DNA from: an uncultured archaeon
Lineage (GTDB): Archaea; Thermoproteota; Bathyarchaeia; Bathyarchaeales; Bathycorpusculaceae
Direction of reading: 5' to 3'
Length of the DNA: 64,000 nt
Assembly (NCBI GenBank): GCA_963810275.1
Contig: CAWENF010000019.1
Location: forward strand, 32,001 to 96,000
A program made the translations under genes and the position numbers. Below are positions 1-10,862 of the stretch, in pieces. Positions within the stretch are counted from its first letter, which is position 1; each line of letters opens with the position of its first letter. The notes beneath the pieces are model-generated. The model saw only the letters and a list, made by a program, of their open reading frames with translations, was not told the DNA's origin and ran no database searches.

Positions 1-1293
1 ATTCCGTTCATGACCAGTTCGGGGCGCGTCTGAATCAGGTACGGCAGACTAAGATACGCCGTCAAACCCGTCACCGCCAACAATCCCGACGACGCCCAAA
101 CCAACTTATTACGTAAGAACTCCAAGACGTGGTACCGCTTAAACAACCGAACCACGCCAACCGCGATGAAAGGAAACAGGAAAATCGCAGCCTGATACTT
201 AAAAACAGAGGCCACCAACACCAACAGTACAAACCCATCGTATTTCTCTCGAAAAAACAGGGTTACTGCCAACAACCCGAACAGAAACGCGATGGAGTCA
301 AACATGCCGTCCGCAGCGTAAATCACCAAAGTCACGTACATAATATAGAGGCCGACAAGCTTCCAGAACAGATGCAAATCATTTTTAAGAAAAACCTCCA
401 AAAACAAAAACAGACACACATGCGCAAAAATCAAAAACACAGCGATCTCAAGCTTATACACCAACACCGCATCAACTCCCGCCTCCAGCAGGGCGCCAAA
501 TGGTAAAAATACCGCAATACTCCCAACAGGATACAAGTGAGGCATCTCGGGCCAAGTTACAAACATATAAGGCGAACTGTCGCGGCTCGCCAGCATGTCA
601 AGCGGCTGGCTAAAAACTTCAAAGCCATCTTTTAGAAACAGGCTCGCCGTATAGGGATGGCGTGCGTGGTCAGTATACCAATTCTCAAACGTGCCCAGCG
701 GGTTAGGGTTAATGGCTAAAAGCACGAACCAAACCGTCAGCGAAGCAGCCACCAAAATCAGCAGTCTACGACGGTTAAGTCGGCTGATTCTGGGCAGAGA
801 CTTGCGTAACGTCTAAGGTTACAGAGCGGTTAACTAAACCAGTGTTCAAGAGCACCACAAAAGCGCCGGCTAAGCTGGCGATGCAAAGGGCTCTGGCTGG
901 TGTGCCAAGCCAACCCATCGGATGCACAATCTGGGGCTCAGTTGCGGTGACTTGAAAATCAACTTCCCCGCCGCCAGAACCGTCAGTGACGAAAACCGCT
1001 TCGTAATAGTCTGACCCCACAGAAAAACTGTAAGAAATGTCTCGGTCAGTGTAGTTTTCAAACCGAGATCCAGTGTAGGTGACAACTGAGAAATGCAGCA
1101 AGAAATTATCCTTATTGATGACCAAGATAGTTATGTTTTCTCCGCCTTGAAAAGCACCTATCCCTTGCCTGCGAACCTCATTTCCACCCATATTAAACTC
1201 GTTGCTGATTACTGTTTTAGACCGGACTTCGCCAGAATCAACAGAGAAGATGCTGGCTAAACCAAAGCAGACGGCTAAAATTAGAAAAACCAA
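1..1293 (-). CDS. Polytopic membrane protein, probable GT-C fold glycosyltransferase (frameshifted near 793, 3'-partial)
   Basis: ORF 775..1293 continues after a 1-base shift into a long hydrophobic frame (RRRLLILVAASLTVWF...WYTDHARH...PHLYPVG...DGMFD...FKYQ) that runs off the window edge. It lies downstream of a polyprenol-P-sugar synthase. Confidence 0.6.
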
Positions 1294-1397
1294 AGCTAAC
1301 CCTATAAGAACTTTAGCCCTATGTCCAAATGTAACCTAAAGCAACCCCCACTTCAACAAAAACTATTTGACTAAGTAACCAAAAAAGCGTTTCGATA

Positions 1398-2157
1398 CTA
1401 TGAACGCCAAACAGCCTTAACCGTGTAGGAGAGGAAGCTTTTGATTTCTGTCCAAGTCAACTTGGATTTGCCCTGTTTTCGGTTCACAAACAGCACAGGA
1501 GTCTCTTTCACCTGGAAAGCTCTAAGCGTCGCCTGCCGCACTGTCTCAATTTGAATCTCGTAAGTTTGGCTATGCAGGTTTCCTATGACCTCATGTAGAA
1601 ACTTCGTCGAGTAGCATCGAAAGCCGGCAGTGCAGTCCTGCAATTCCAATCCTAAGGAGGAGCGAGCGATAGAGTTAGCGGTTTTGCTGATTATTTTTCT
1701 TGAAAGTGGCCAGCCCTGTATTTTTCCGCCTTTGCTGTAGCGACTGCCTATTACTATGCCACAGTCGCATTCCCGCATTGTTGTAAGCAGTTTAGGCATG
1801 TCTTGGGGGTTATGGGAGTAGTCAGCGTCCATGGTAAAAACATATTTTGGGGGGTTTAACGTCGTTTAAGAAGAATCGGAAGCCGTCGGTTATGGCTGAG
1901 CCTAATCCGGATTTTTTTGGGCGGTTACATAAGACGATATTGGTGTATGTTTTTTGTTTTTCTTTTACGATGTTAGCGGTTTCGTCTGGGCTTGAGTCAT
2001 CGATTACTAATATAGTGGAGTCTAAGCTGAGGTCTTCTATGTCTTCGATTAACCTACCTATGTTTTCGGCTTCCCCATAAGTTGGCAGAATAATGCCGAT
2101 CTCGTATCGTTCAGGGGATACCCCAACTAGCACATTGCCCATAAAGTTTTGACTCAC
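1398..2157 (-). CDS. Polyprenol monophosphomannose synthase (DPM1-like GT2), frameshifted near 1846
   Basis: The N half has ILPTYGE, IDDSSPD and GLGSA; the C half has MDADYSHNP, GSRY and DCTAGFRC. One extra base in a 4-base run separates the two halves. Confidence 0.9.
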
Positions 2158-2206
2158 CTTGATACTGGGAAGTGTGTATTAATAAACCTTAACGGATTTG
2201 CCATGC

Positions 2207-3236
2207 CTACATTTTTCGTTTCTGCTTATTAAGGTAATACTTTAGCGGATGAAAGATTTTTCGGCATAATTCATCTTTGTTCCTGCAAACTCCATGGGTT
2301 TGTAGTACGGAGCACTGTGGGCAAGTGTAGCGAGTGCCTGAACCGCGTTCGCCTGCAATGTGCTCGATTTGGTAGCGTGTTAAGCGTTCATTATAGTCAG
2401 AGAAAGTTTTGTACATATCCGCAATCGCCTCCGAAGACATGCCAATGTTAACCAAAAAAGAAGTTAATGTGAAGCGCCCCATGTGGGAGAGGTGGTGTGC
2501 CGCTTTGGAATCCTCGATTAGCGCTTCGATACAAGGCGGAAAAGCGTCTTGCGAGACGGTTTTTGGCATCTCTTCGATTTCTTGCCCCATAATTTCTTGA
2601 GCTTTCTGAGTCAATTGGTAGGCGGCTATATTAATTTCCTCTGGCAAGTTCTTTAAATCCGAGGCGTCTAAGCGTTTTTCTACGCGTCGCTTAATTTCCT
2701 CTTGCAGGAGGCGAACAACTTTGTCTTTGTTTAAGTAAACGGTGCCGTGGTCAAGTATTTGGTTAACCAGTTTCCATTCTCCGCCATGTAGGTGTCCTGC
2801 ATTGTTGAGGTAAAAAGTGAAGCCCAATTTGTAGTCCTTGTAAGGTTTGCCGTCTGCTATATCCCAGCCGAAGTCCCTTGCTACGGCTATGATTTTTTGC
2901 GAAAGAGTCTGGGGTGACAGCAACTGTACATGAGCGGTTTTTGCCACTGCTAAAGCGTAACGTTTTTTTATCCAAACTTGTTTGGTGGCTAAAACCAGAA
3001 TCATGGATGCTGCAAAAGATGCAATTTCGGTTCGTTTATCTCTTGCGACATTGCCGACATCCACGTAAACAATGGCTTTTTCCACTCGTTCTTGTGGCTC
3101 GAGCAAGAATTTGACTGTTTTCTGGCGCTACAAGAGTTTCTATGGTTAAACCTAAATCTTCAATCTGCTTGGGAGCCAATTTGAGAAAAGGATATTTGGC
3201 AAAATCTTCAGAAGATAATGCCATTTCCATCTGCAA
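2207..3236 (-). CDS. priL: DNA primase large subunit, frameshifted near 3094
   Basis: AKYPFL N-terminus, FPPCI, HMGRF, TRYQIEHI and YTCPQC...C...C HPLKYY Fe-S motifs; adjacent to PCNA. Confidence 0.95.
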
Positions 3237-3243
3237 CTTTGGG

Positions 3244-3999
3244 TTACTCTGTTTCTATTCTAGGCGCCAAGAAGAACACAAGTTTACCTTCTTTGGTTTG
3301 CTGGAAGTCAATCCTCACTGGCATGTCCGTGGAGAATTCAAGTGTGGCGATTTCGCTGGTTGCGGAGGCTGCTTTAATTATTTCAGATAGATAGCTTAGG
3401 CTAAATGTTGCTTTTGCGTTTTCTTTAACTTCAAGGTCTAGAAGTGCGTCATTGCCTTTTTGGAGGGTGATGGTTGCGCCCATGATGTCGCCTGAGGCAG
3501 AGAGTGTTATTTTTTCGGGTTCTGCTTCGATTTTTACGTGGTCGCTAACGAGTTGGGCGTCTTCGATTGCTTGGCTTAAGCCGCTTGTGGTGGTTTTGGC
3601 TTTGACATTGAAGCTGATTTTGGGTGTGGGAACTTCTTCCTCAGATGGTTCGAGCATGCTCATAGTGAATTTGCGGGCATATTTTCCTGTGATTGTGACT
3701 AAAAGTTTGCCTGATTTATCGTCGAGTGCTAGTTCGACAGTTTCCTCTTTGCCTGCGCGTTTGAGCAGTTTGAGGAGTTCGCTAATGTTTAGGCACATTT
3801 TGCTGGGTTCAGGTGCTTCGTATTCTTGGAATATGGTTTTTGGCCATTCGAAGTCTATCATGGCGACACGGGAGGGATCCATAGCTCGTAATTTGAGCCC
3901 GTCGGGTTCTATTTTGAATGTTGCTTCGTCAACCAAAATTGAGATTGCGGTTGCCATATCCCGCAAGAGTTTAGCGTCAGACACCTTAAGTTTAAACAT
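3244..3999 (-). CDS. pcn: DNA polymerase sliding clamp PCNA
   Basis: AMDPSRVAM and FFLAPRIE signature motifs. Confidence 0.98.
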   Translation of the reverse strand: MFKLKVSDAKLLRDMATAISILVDEATFKIEPDGLKLRAMDPSRVAMIDFEWPKTIFQEYEAPEPSKMCLNISELLKLLKRAGKEETVELALDDKSGKLLVTITGKYARKFTMSMLEPSEEEVPTPKISFNVKAKTTTSGLSQAIEDAQLVSDHVKIEAEPEKITLSASGDIMGATITLQKGNDALLDLEVKENAKATFSLSYLSEIIKAASATSEIATLEFSTDMPVRIDFQQTKEGKLVFFLAPRIETE

Positions 4000-4176
4000 C
4001 TATCCTCTTCCTCGCCAAAGATTTCAGTATAATAGGGTATCATTACAGCTTTAGTTTATAAATTTAGTCCACCTAAACCTCTAAACGGTAACTTGTAGCG
4101 CTCTACCGTGCGGGATCTTGTTTGGGAACTAAGATATCAAAAAATGGTGATGAAAAACAAGAAAAGAAGAGATGGA

Positions 4177-5289
4177 TTAGTCTTCTCGCCACTTAAACAG
4201 CTTCACTGCCAAAGTGAAAATTACCCCTGTAATAACTGCTAGAACAACTATGTCAACGAGCGCGCCTGAGATGTTGTTATAAACCATGACGTTGTTTAAG
4301 CCTTCAGTGACGTAGAACAGCGGCAACACATGGGCGAACATTTGGAGGTAATCGGGCATACTGCTGATTGGGAAGAATGTGCCTGCTAGGAACATCATTG
4401 GGAAGGTGACGATGTTGCCGATGACACCTGCGGTCTCTGGGTTTTTGGTGACTGTTCCAACCAACATGCCGAGTGCTGCAAAGAGCATCGGACCCAAGAT
4501 TAGGAAGGGTATCAGCCAAAGCGACAGCGTCACGTGTGCACTGAAAGCGAACACGCCCACGCCGACCATCAAAAGCATACCGGCGACTGTCAACACGATA
4601 TACCAGATGACTTTGCTGGTTAACCACTCCATCTTTGTCAGTGGAGTGAGCGAAAGCTGCTTGAAGAGTTTGTTTTTCTTGTATTCGCTGGATATGTTGA
4701 CAAGAGAAAACATAGGACTTGTTAGGATAGAGAACCCGATTAAGCCTGGAATCAGGTAGTCGACGTATTGGGGTGACTCGGCGCTACTTAACGTAGCTGA
4801 TTTTATGCCTATAATGTTTGTGCCGTTGTATCTTTGCAAATTAAAGTATCCTGCGTATCCGTTGATTATGCCGCTTACTATACCACTGGTGCTCGACGCA
4901 GGGTTTCCATACACTGTAACGTTAACTTTAATACCTGCAATGTAGTCAACGGTGAAGTTCGCTGGAATAATTAAGCCATCAGAGGTTGAATGCGCAGCTA
5001 AGAAGTCTGGGAAGTTCTCCGAAGAATTAACAGTAATAATGTTCATTGAGCTGGACTCATTTAGCGCTGTAAGAAAGCTGTCGCCGATGTTTTGCCCGAA
5101 AGCTCCCGTATCCTTGTTTTGGGCGTAGACAGTAACTGAACCTGGTGACCCGCCGCCAGAAAAGATGGCGCCAAAAATCAAAATCAAGATAACTGGAAAA
5201 ATCAACCCAAAGAACAAACCGAACTTGTTCCTAAGGTAACCTACGCTGAATACTCTAAAATCTGAAAATATGCGTTTTAAACTTGCCAT
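4177..5289 (-). CDS. ABC-2 type transporter permease
   Basis: YVDYLIPG, LSLTPL and FLAGTFFP motifs; six TM segments plus an extracellular loop. Confidence 0.92.
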   Translation of the reverse strand: MASLKRIFSDFRVFSVGYLRNKFGLFFGLIFPVILILIFGAIFSGGGSPGSVTVYAQNKDTGAFGQNIGDSFLTALNESSSMNIITVNSSENFPDFLAAHSTSDGLIIPANFTVDYIAGIKVNVTVYGNPASSTSGIVSGIINGYAGYFNLQRYNGTNIIGIKSATLSSAESPQYVDYLIPGLIGFSILTSPMFSLVNISSEYKKNKLFKQLSLTPLTKMEWLTSKVIWYIVLTVAGMLLMVGVGVFAFSAHVTLSLWLIPFLILGPMLFAALGMLVGTVTKNPETAGVIGNIVTFPMMFLAGTFFPISSMPDYLQMFAHVLPLFYVTEGLNNVMVYNNISGALVDIVVLAVITGVIFTLAVKLFKWRED

Positions 5290-5291
5290 TT

Positions 5292-6251
5292 CTACCGTCT
5301 CCGTTTTTTACCTGACTGCACTTGCACAGGCTCGCCTCCATGCTCACCAAGCGGCTCATTAACCAGTTTGATGAAAACATCGTCTAAACTATCCTGGCGA
5401 GTTTGGATGTCCCCCCATTCCAGCCCCGATTGCTCCGCCGCCGCCAAAGCCGCCAACGCGTCGATGCGTTTCTCAAGAGGAACAGTTAAGATTTGTTTAG
5501 ATGCGTCGTATTCAACCTGTAACTCGGTGTTGGCTTTGATATATTCTGCGAGCTGCTGGCTACCTTGTATTTCTAGGCGTTCACCTGAACCGTGCTGATC
5601 GATAATTTCCTGCGTGGTGCCCATGGCGACAATTTTGCCGTGATCCATTATGGCAACGCGGTCACTTAGCTGCTGGGCTTCGTCGAGGTAGTGGGTTGTT
5701 AAGATTATTGTTTTGCCTTTAGCTTTGAGCTTCCGGATGACTTCCCAGATGGCGCGGCGTGCATTGGGGTCTAAGCCCGTGGTGGGTTCATCAAGAAACA
5801 GCAGTTCCGGTGAGTTAACTAGCGACAATGCTAAGCCGGTTTTCTGTTTTTGACCGCCTGAAAGATTCTCGAAAACATGGTTAGCCATGTCTTCTAAGAT
5901 AACTTCTTTTAGGATTTGTTCAACGTCAACTTTGACGTTGAAGAGTTTTGCATAGTAGTTTATGGCTTCCCTTGGCGTTGTTTTCTCGAAAAACGTAAAG
6001 TTCTGCGGAATGACGCCGATGCGTTTGTGGAGTGCGTAACCATTCTTCCACGGGTCAAGCCCCAAAATTTTGAGATAACCTCCGTCGCGTTCACGCAGTC
6101 CCTCCATCATTTCGATGGTAGTAGTCTTGCCTGCGCCGTTTGGCCCCAGCAACCCAAAGACTTCTCCTTGTTTAACCGTAAAGGAGATGTCGTCAACGGC
6201 TTTCAAGCTGCCATAATATTTTTTGAGCGAATTAACTTCAATAGGTAACAT
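5292..6251 (-). CDS. ABC transporter ATP-binding protein
   Basis: GPNGAGKTT, LSGGQ, LFLDEPT and TTH motifs. Confidence 0.97.
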   Translation of the reverse strand: MLPIEVNSLKKYYGSLKAVDDISFTVKQGEVFGLLGPNGAGKTTTIEMMEGLRERDGGYLKILGLDPWKNGYALHKRIGVIPQNFTFFEKTTPREAINYYAKLFNVKVDVEQILKEVILEDMANHVFENLSGGQKQKTGLALSLVNSPELLFLDEPTTGLDPNARRAIWEVIRKLKAKGKTIILTTHYLDEAQQLSDRVAIMDHGKIVAMGTTQEIIDQHGSGERLEIQGSQQLAEYIKANTELQVEYDASKQILTVPLEKRIDALAALAAAEQSGLEWGDIQTRQDSLDDVFIKLVNEPLGEHGGEPVQVQSGKKRRR

Positions 6252-6366
6252 ATGATGCTCCCCTGTTTCTGTAAATTATTTTTTGGCGTTTTGATTTAGC
6301 TATTCTGCATTCACATATAGCTTTCGTCTATAGAAACGGAACAAAACCAGGAAAAATTCAGATTTT

Positions 6367-6876
6367 TTATTGTAGCCCTTTTAGGATGATCTTCTTTAGC
6401 TGCCCATTAACCGCCCGTACAACAAACTCGGTAAGGTCTTCTGCGGAAAGATATAGCGGACCGCGTTCATGAAACACATGCACCTCTAAAGTGCCCCGTC
6501 CAAAAAGAAGCCGACACATAAAATAGTCAAACTTTAACGCCTGCCTGCCTGTATCGCTTTGTCGGTAGTAGCGTATGGAACAGAACAGATCCAGCGCCCT
6601 CACTTGATGAGAAGAAACGTAGTCGTGTGCTCGTTTAGCTTCGGCTTCACCTAGAAAGTTAAAGCCGTTGTCTTCTGCTAAGCCAAACTCGAAAATCACG
6701 ACACCGTTTGGGATAGTGGGAATAGAAACTTCCTCGAAAGAAAGCTCATGGCGGTTAACGGCAAGTAGCTGCTGGAGGATGTTTTGTTGCAGTTGCCTGC
6801 TGGATTTGGCGATGGAGGTATAGGTTTTGATGTAGTGGATGTTTGGAGGGAAGTTGCTGTAGATGCCAAGCGCCAA
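6367..6876 (-). CDS. Hypothetical protein
   Basis: 169-aa ORF starting 4 nt after the upstream gene on the same strand. Confidence 0.7.
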   Translation of the reverse strand: MALGIYSNFPPNIHYIKTYTSIAKSSRQLQQNILQQLLAVNRHELSFEEVSIPTIPNGVVIFEFGLAEDNGFNFLGEAEAKRAHDYVSSHQVRALDLFCSIRYYRQSDTGRQALKFDYFMCRLLFGRGTLEVHVFHERGPLYLSAEDLTEFVVRAVNGQLKKIILKGLQ

Positions 6877-6880
6877 GGAG

Positions 6881-7255
6881 CTAAGCCCTCATTTTCTTGA
6901 TTTTGTCAACGCTGTTTAGCAGCTCGCTAAGTGCAATGGTAAGTTTTTGGATTTCGTCTGTATCGTCGGTTTTCTCGATTTTTGCCTGTATGTTTTCGAT
7001 TTTTTTGTTTAGAGTGGCTTCGAGTTTGTCGTAGGCACCACCACTGCTTTTAGTTGGAACAGCCTGTTTTGGGGGTTCTTCGCCTTCCCTGACCACAACC
7101 ACCTTCTTCTGATCCATGCCACACCAAAGCGTACCATCCTGAAGCCGCAGAAGAGGCGAATGACATACAGGGCATCCGAGGTCGGTTAAGGTGGCGCCTT
7201 GCTGCAGCAGTTCAGCCATGCGTTTTATTGGATTTCTTTCTTTGTCCTGTTGCAA
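6881..7255 (-). CDS. UPF0148 / Sjogren autoantigen p27-like zinc-ribbon protein
   Basis: MAELLQQGATLTDLGCPVC...LWC motif; probable TTG start at 7255. Confidence 0.85.
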   Translation of the reverse strand: MQQDKERNPIKRMAELLQQGATLTDLGCPVCHSPLLRLQDGTLWCGMDQKKVVVVREGEEPPKQAVPTKSSGGAYDKLEATLNKKIENIQAKIEKTDDTDEIQKLTIALSELLNSVDKIKKMRA

Positions 7256-7332
7256 TATAAATCCCAAAGGTAAATACGTATAAATACATATATAATTGAT
7301 TACTCTGGCAGCAATGTAAAAGGGGAACATGT

Positions 7333-7611
7333 ATGGTCCGTAAAAAGAAAGCAGAAGAATATGAAGCTAAAATCAGGCAGGCACTGATAGTTTTAGGCGA
7401 AGTTTCCGAGGACAGCACAACTCCACGTAACATCCGCCGTTCTGCAAAGGACGCTATGAACGCTCTGCAGGGCACTGAGTACACAGCAGCGGTAAAAGCC
7501 TCCAATGCTGTTGCTTTGTTAGATGAGATTTTGCAAGATCCAAACATGCCGCCCTACACCAGAGTTAAGCTCTGGAACGTCATGAGCTTCATAGAAGCCA
7601 TAAAAGATTAG
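7333..7611 (+). CDS. UPF0147 family protein
   Basis: DSTTPRNIR, DPNMP and RVKLW signatures. Confidence 0.92.
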   Translation: MVRKKKAEEYEAKIRQALIVLGEVSEDSTTPRNIRRSAKDAMNALQGTEYTAAVKASNAVALLDEILQDPNMPPYTRVKLWNVMSFIEAIKD

Positions 7612-7648
7612 AATCCGCCTTGTTTTTTAGGCAGGCTGGATTTTCCAG

Positions 7649-7961
7649 CTAAACTTTAACATATATTTCTTGTTTTTCAACTCTCAAAGGGTTAGCTGAC
7701 TAAGTCTTCGATGCGGGGACGTCCCAGCGGCTCCTCAGGCCCGGAAACTACTTTACCGGAGGTGATATCAAATTTTGAGTCGTGATTTGGACAGGTGACG
7801 ATTTTGCCTTCGAGTTTGCCCTGCGAGAGGTCGCCGGCGTAGTGGGTGCATAGGGCGTCAACTGCGTAGTAGTTGCCGTCTACGTTGGCGATTAGGATTG
7901 GTATGTTTTCTGCCTGCACCATTTTCATTTGACCCACAGTCACTTCAGAAATGTTTGCCAT
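7649..7961 (-). CDS. Rieske [2Fe-2S] ferredoxin, frameshifted near 7692
   Basis: CTH...CPNH motif. Removing one base restores the C-terminus YPLRVEKQEIYVKV. Confidence 0.9.
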
Positions 7962-8047
7962 ACGGATATAGCTGGACTCCAAACAAAACCTCAATCAAAT
8001 GAGGAAACCCGCCAATAAAAGCGTTGGCATCCCCGCTTAAGTGGTTA

Positions 8048-8506
8048 TCAAGCTTCTGTTCTACATTGCTTGTATGATGCTGCGCAGTGGCTACAGCAAA
8101 ACGCTGTCTCGACATCGTCGATTTTTTCATGGTAAGCGCCTTCGTAGACTTTGCAGCCGCAATGGGCACACACGTCTAGGCTGGGTGCAATGGCTATGGA
8201 GACGAGTTCTGCGAAGCGTTTGAAGAGGCGGGTACAGAGCTGTTTGCCCTCTTCGGTTAAGAGAAAGATTTTGCGTTCTTTCTCGCCTACAGGTTCGATT
8301 TGGTGAGTGACGTAACCTTTCTCTTCGAGTTGCCCGAGGAAGGGGTAGACGAGGCTGGGGCTGATTTCTTTTTTGACTCGGCGTTTGAATTGGCTTATAA
8401 TGCGGTAGCCGTGCGTAGGTCCTTCGTAGAGGATTGTTAGGATGTAGAAGCGACTAAAATCGCTGATTAGTCCTTCCATGCCCCGCGTATTTTCATCGAT
8501 TGCCAT
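8048..8506 (-). CDS. PadR-family regulator with C-terminal Cys-rich (TRASH/YHS-like) metal-binding domain
   Basis: HGY, SLVYPFL and ERKIFLLTEEG motifs, then CAHCGC...FCCSHC. Confidence 0.9.
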   Translation of the reverse strand: MAIDENTRGMEGLISDFSRFYILTILYEGPTHGYRIISQFKRRVKKEISPSLVYPFLGQLEEKGYVTHQIEPVGEKERKIFLLTEEGKQLCTRLFKRFAELVSIAIAPSLDVCAHCGCKVYEGAYHEKIDDVETAFCCSHCAASYKQCRTEA

Positions 8507-8551
8507 GTTTGGTCATTTAGTAATGGCGGTTTTTGGTATTAAATGTTTTTT

Positions 8552-8563
8552 TAGATATATCTA
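8552..8563. promoter_or_regulatory. Palindromic operator candidate TAGATATATCTA in a divergent promoter
   Basis: Perfect 12-bp palindrome between the divergent padR and oxidoreductase genes. Confidence 0.4.
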
Positions 8564-8664
8564 TAAAATATATATTGCGGTGACTGTTCAGTTAAGGCTT
8601 TTTGGCACTAACAAATATATCCAACCCTTTGCACTTAATTCTGGGTTCCAGAGGGAAACTTCCT

Positions 8665-10047
8665 TTGAAATACGACGTAATCATCGTGGGCGCAGGTCCC
8701 GCAGGCATCTTCTCAGCACTAGAACTGACAGAAAAATCAAATCTCAACATCCTAGTAATTGACCGCGGAGCGGACATAGAAAAACGAAAATGCCCCTCGC
8801 AACGCGGTTTTGAATGTGTACATTGCGAGCCATGCAACGTTCTCAACGGCTGGGGTGGAGCAGGCGCATACTCAGACGGCAAACTCACCTTATCAACCGA
8901 AGTTGGCGGTTGGCTAAACCAGTATGTTTCCACAAAAGAACTCGAGGCACTCGTCAAATATTGCGACGAATCCTACATTCGATTTGGTGCCAGCAAAGAA
9001 GTCTTCGGTGGTGACAGCGAAGAAATAGACACAATCGCCCGCAAAGCCTCACTTGCAGGACTTAAACTCATAAAACAAGAAGTCCGTCACATGGGCACCG
9101 ACCGATGCCTTGAGGTTCTCAAAGAAATGCGCAAGTATTTGGATAACAAAATCACGTTCCTTCCCAAAACTGAAGTTAAGGGTCTACTCGCAGACGATCA
9201 CTCTATCAAAGGCGTCGAAACAGTAGCAGGCGACAAAATCTACTCTAAATACGTCATCATTGCCCCCGGTAGAGGCGGCGCAGAATGGCTTCAAACCGAA
9301 GCACAAATACGTGGATTGAAAACCGTTAATAACCCAGTAGACATCGGTGTCCGTGTCGAATTGCTTGCGGCGGTGACAGAAAAACTTACCAAAGTCCTCT
9401 ACGAGCCTAAACTGATTTACTTCTCACGTTCATTTGACGACCAAGTTCGCACTTTCTGCGTTTCTCCTCATGGTGAAGTTACAACTGAATCCTATGATGG
9501 TGTTTTGACCGTCAACGGTGGCAGTCACGCAGAAACCAAAACACTCAATACCAACTTTGCAATCTTGGTCAGCACGCAATTTACAGAGCCCTTCAAAGAG
9601 CCAATAGCGTATGGCAAATACATTGCTCGCCTAAGCAACCTCTTAAGCGGCGGAGTTATGGTTCAGCGTCTTGGTGACTTAATTCACGGCAGACGCAGCA
9701 CCCCCGAAAGATTGGCACATAGTGTGTTGGTTCCTTCACTTAAAAACGCTACCCCAGGCGATCTTAGCTTCGTTTTGCCATACAGGTATCTCACAGACAT
9801 TAGAGAAATGCTGGAAGCACTCGACAAAATCGCGCCCGGTGTCGCTTCACCCGAAACGCTACTCTACGGCGTCGAAGTCAAATTCTACAGCAGCCACCTG
9901 CAGTTAAACCACACACTGGAAACGAAGATTCAGAACATGTTTACAATCGGCGACGGCGCAGGCGTCACCCGCGGCTTAATCCAAGCCTCCGCCTCAGGTA
10001 TCATCGTAGCAAAGGAAATTCTCAAGCGTGAAAAACTGAAGGCGTAG
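8665..10047 (+). CDS. FAD-dependent oxidoreductase (COG2509-like)
   Basis: GAGPAG, GGAGAYSDGK, YGVEVKFY and GDGAGVTRG motifs; TTG start after GAGGG. Confidence 0.9.
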   Translation: MKYDVIIVGAGPAGIFSALELTEKSNLNILVIDRGADIEKRKCPSQRGFECVHCEPCNVLNGWGGAGAYSDGKLTLSTEVGGWLNQYVSTKELEALVKYCDESYIRFGASKEVFGGDSEEIDTIARKASLAGLKLIKQEVRHMGTDRCLEVLKEMRKYLDNKITFLPKTEVKGLLADDHSIKGVETVAGDKIYSKYVIIAPGRGGAEWLQTEAQIRGLKTVNNPVDIGVRVELLAAVTEKLTKVLYEPKLIYFSRSFDDQVRTFCVSPHGEVTTESYDGVLTVNGGSHAETKTLNTNFAILVSTQFTEPFKEPIAYGKYIARLSNLLSGGVMVQRLGDLIHGRRSTPERLAHSVLVPSLKNATPGDLSFVLPYRYLTDIREMLEALDKIAPGVASPETLLYGVEVKFYSSHLQLNHTLETKIQNMFTIGDGAGVTRGLIQASASGIIVAKEILKREKLKA

Positions 10048-10051
10048 ACTC

Positions 10052-10784
10052 ATGGCTGTAGCTCAGAACATTCGATGCTCGCACTGCGGCGCCCCCGTCG
10101 AGTTCAAACCTGGCGAGCTTGTAGCAACATGCAAGTATTGCGGATTCACCACAGTCATCGAAACTGGGCGGGCTTTTAACTTTGAGCATTCTGTTCTGCA
10201 AAATGTTTACAGCCCCGAACAGATGGATGGATTAATCAAGGACTGGATGCGCTCTGGATTTATGAAACCCGGCGACCTTGCCAAGAAATCCAAAATCATC
10301 GAGAAAACCCTTGTTTACCTCCCATTCTGGGTTATCCAAATCGAAGCTACAACCCAGTACAAAGGCATATTTGAACGCATCGCACCACCTATAGTTAAGG
10401 AAGGCAAAATCCAAAAGGAGTACGATTGGCTTGTTCTGGCTAGACAGGCGTCGAATTTCCCAACCCGTGAATATGATGTGCCTTTGGCAGGTAAGGTGCC
10501 GTATGACTTCCGCAAAATCGAGGGCTTCGCACAGGTTTTGAACAGTGAGATGGATCGGGAACAGGCTTTGGAGACAGCTAGGCAACAGATTGATGCTCAT
10601 CACCGTTTCCTGTTGCAGCAAGACATTGACCGAATCGTAGAAGAAACTACCAGTGTGGAGCTTAAGCAGATGGTGTATTTGCATGCGCCCGATTTGGTTT
10701 GTCAAGTACGAGTACAAAGGCAAACTCTACCAGATGCTAATTGACGGGGCAAACGGCATGGTTGTCAGGGGAGACATTCCCTAA
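10052..10784 (+). CDS. Zinc-ribbon protein (YdjG-like), frameshifted near 10690
   Basis: CSHCGA...CKYCG and VYLPFW motifs. Removing one C gives HAPIWFVKYEYKGKLYQMLIDGANG. Confidence 0.8.
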
Positions 10785-10862
10785 TGAATAGGTTTTAGTC
10801 TATTTGAACAACGTTTAAAAGCTACCCCTTTTTTAATCTGAAGTGCGAAAATACAGGGGAAA

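Noticed and set aside
129-506. Plus-strand ORF 129..506 and the many similar antisense ORFs in the track
   Set aside because: They are shadows of confidently identified genes on the opposite strand.
2207-3236. priL and the other split genes as true pseudogenes or programmed frameshifts
   Set aside because: These genes are essential or otherwise undecayed and share no slippery sequence. Sequencing indels are the simpler explanation.
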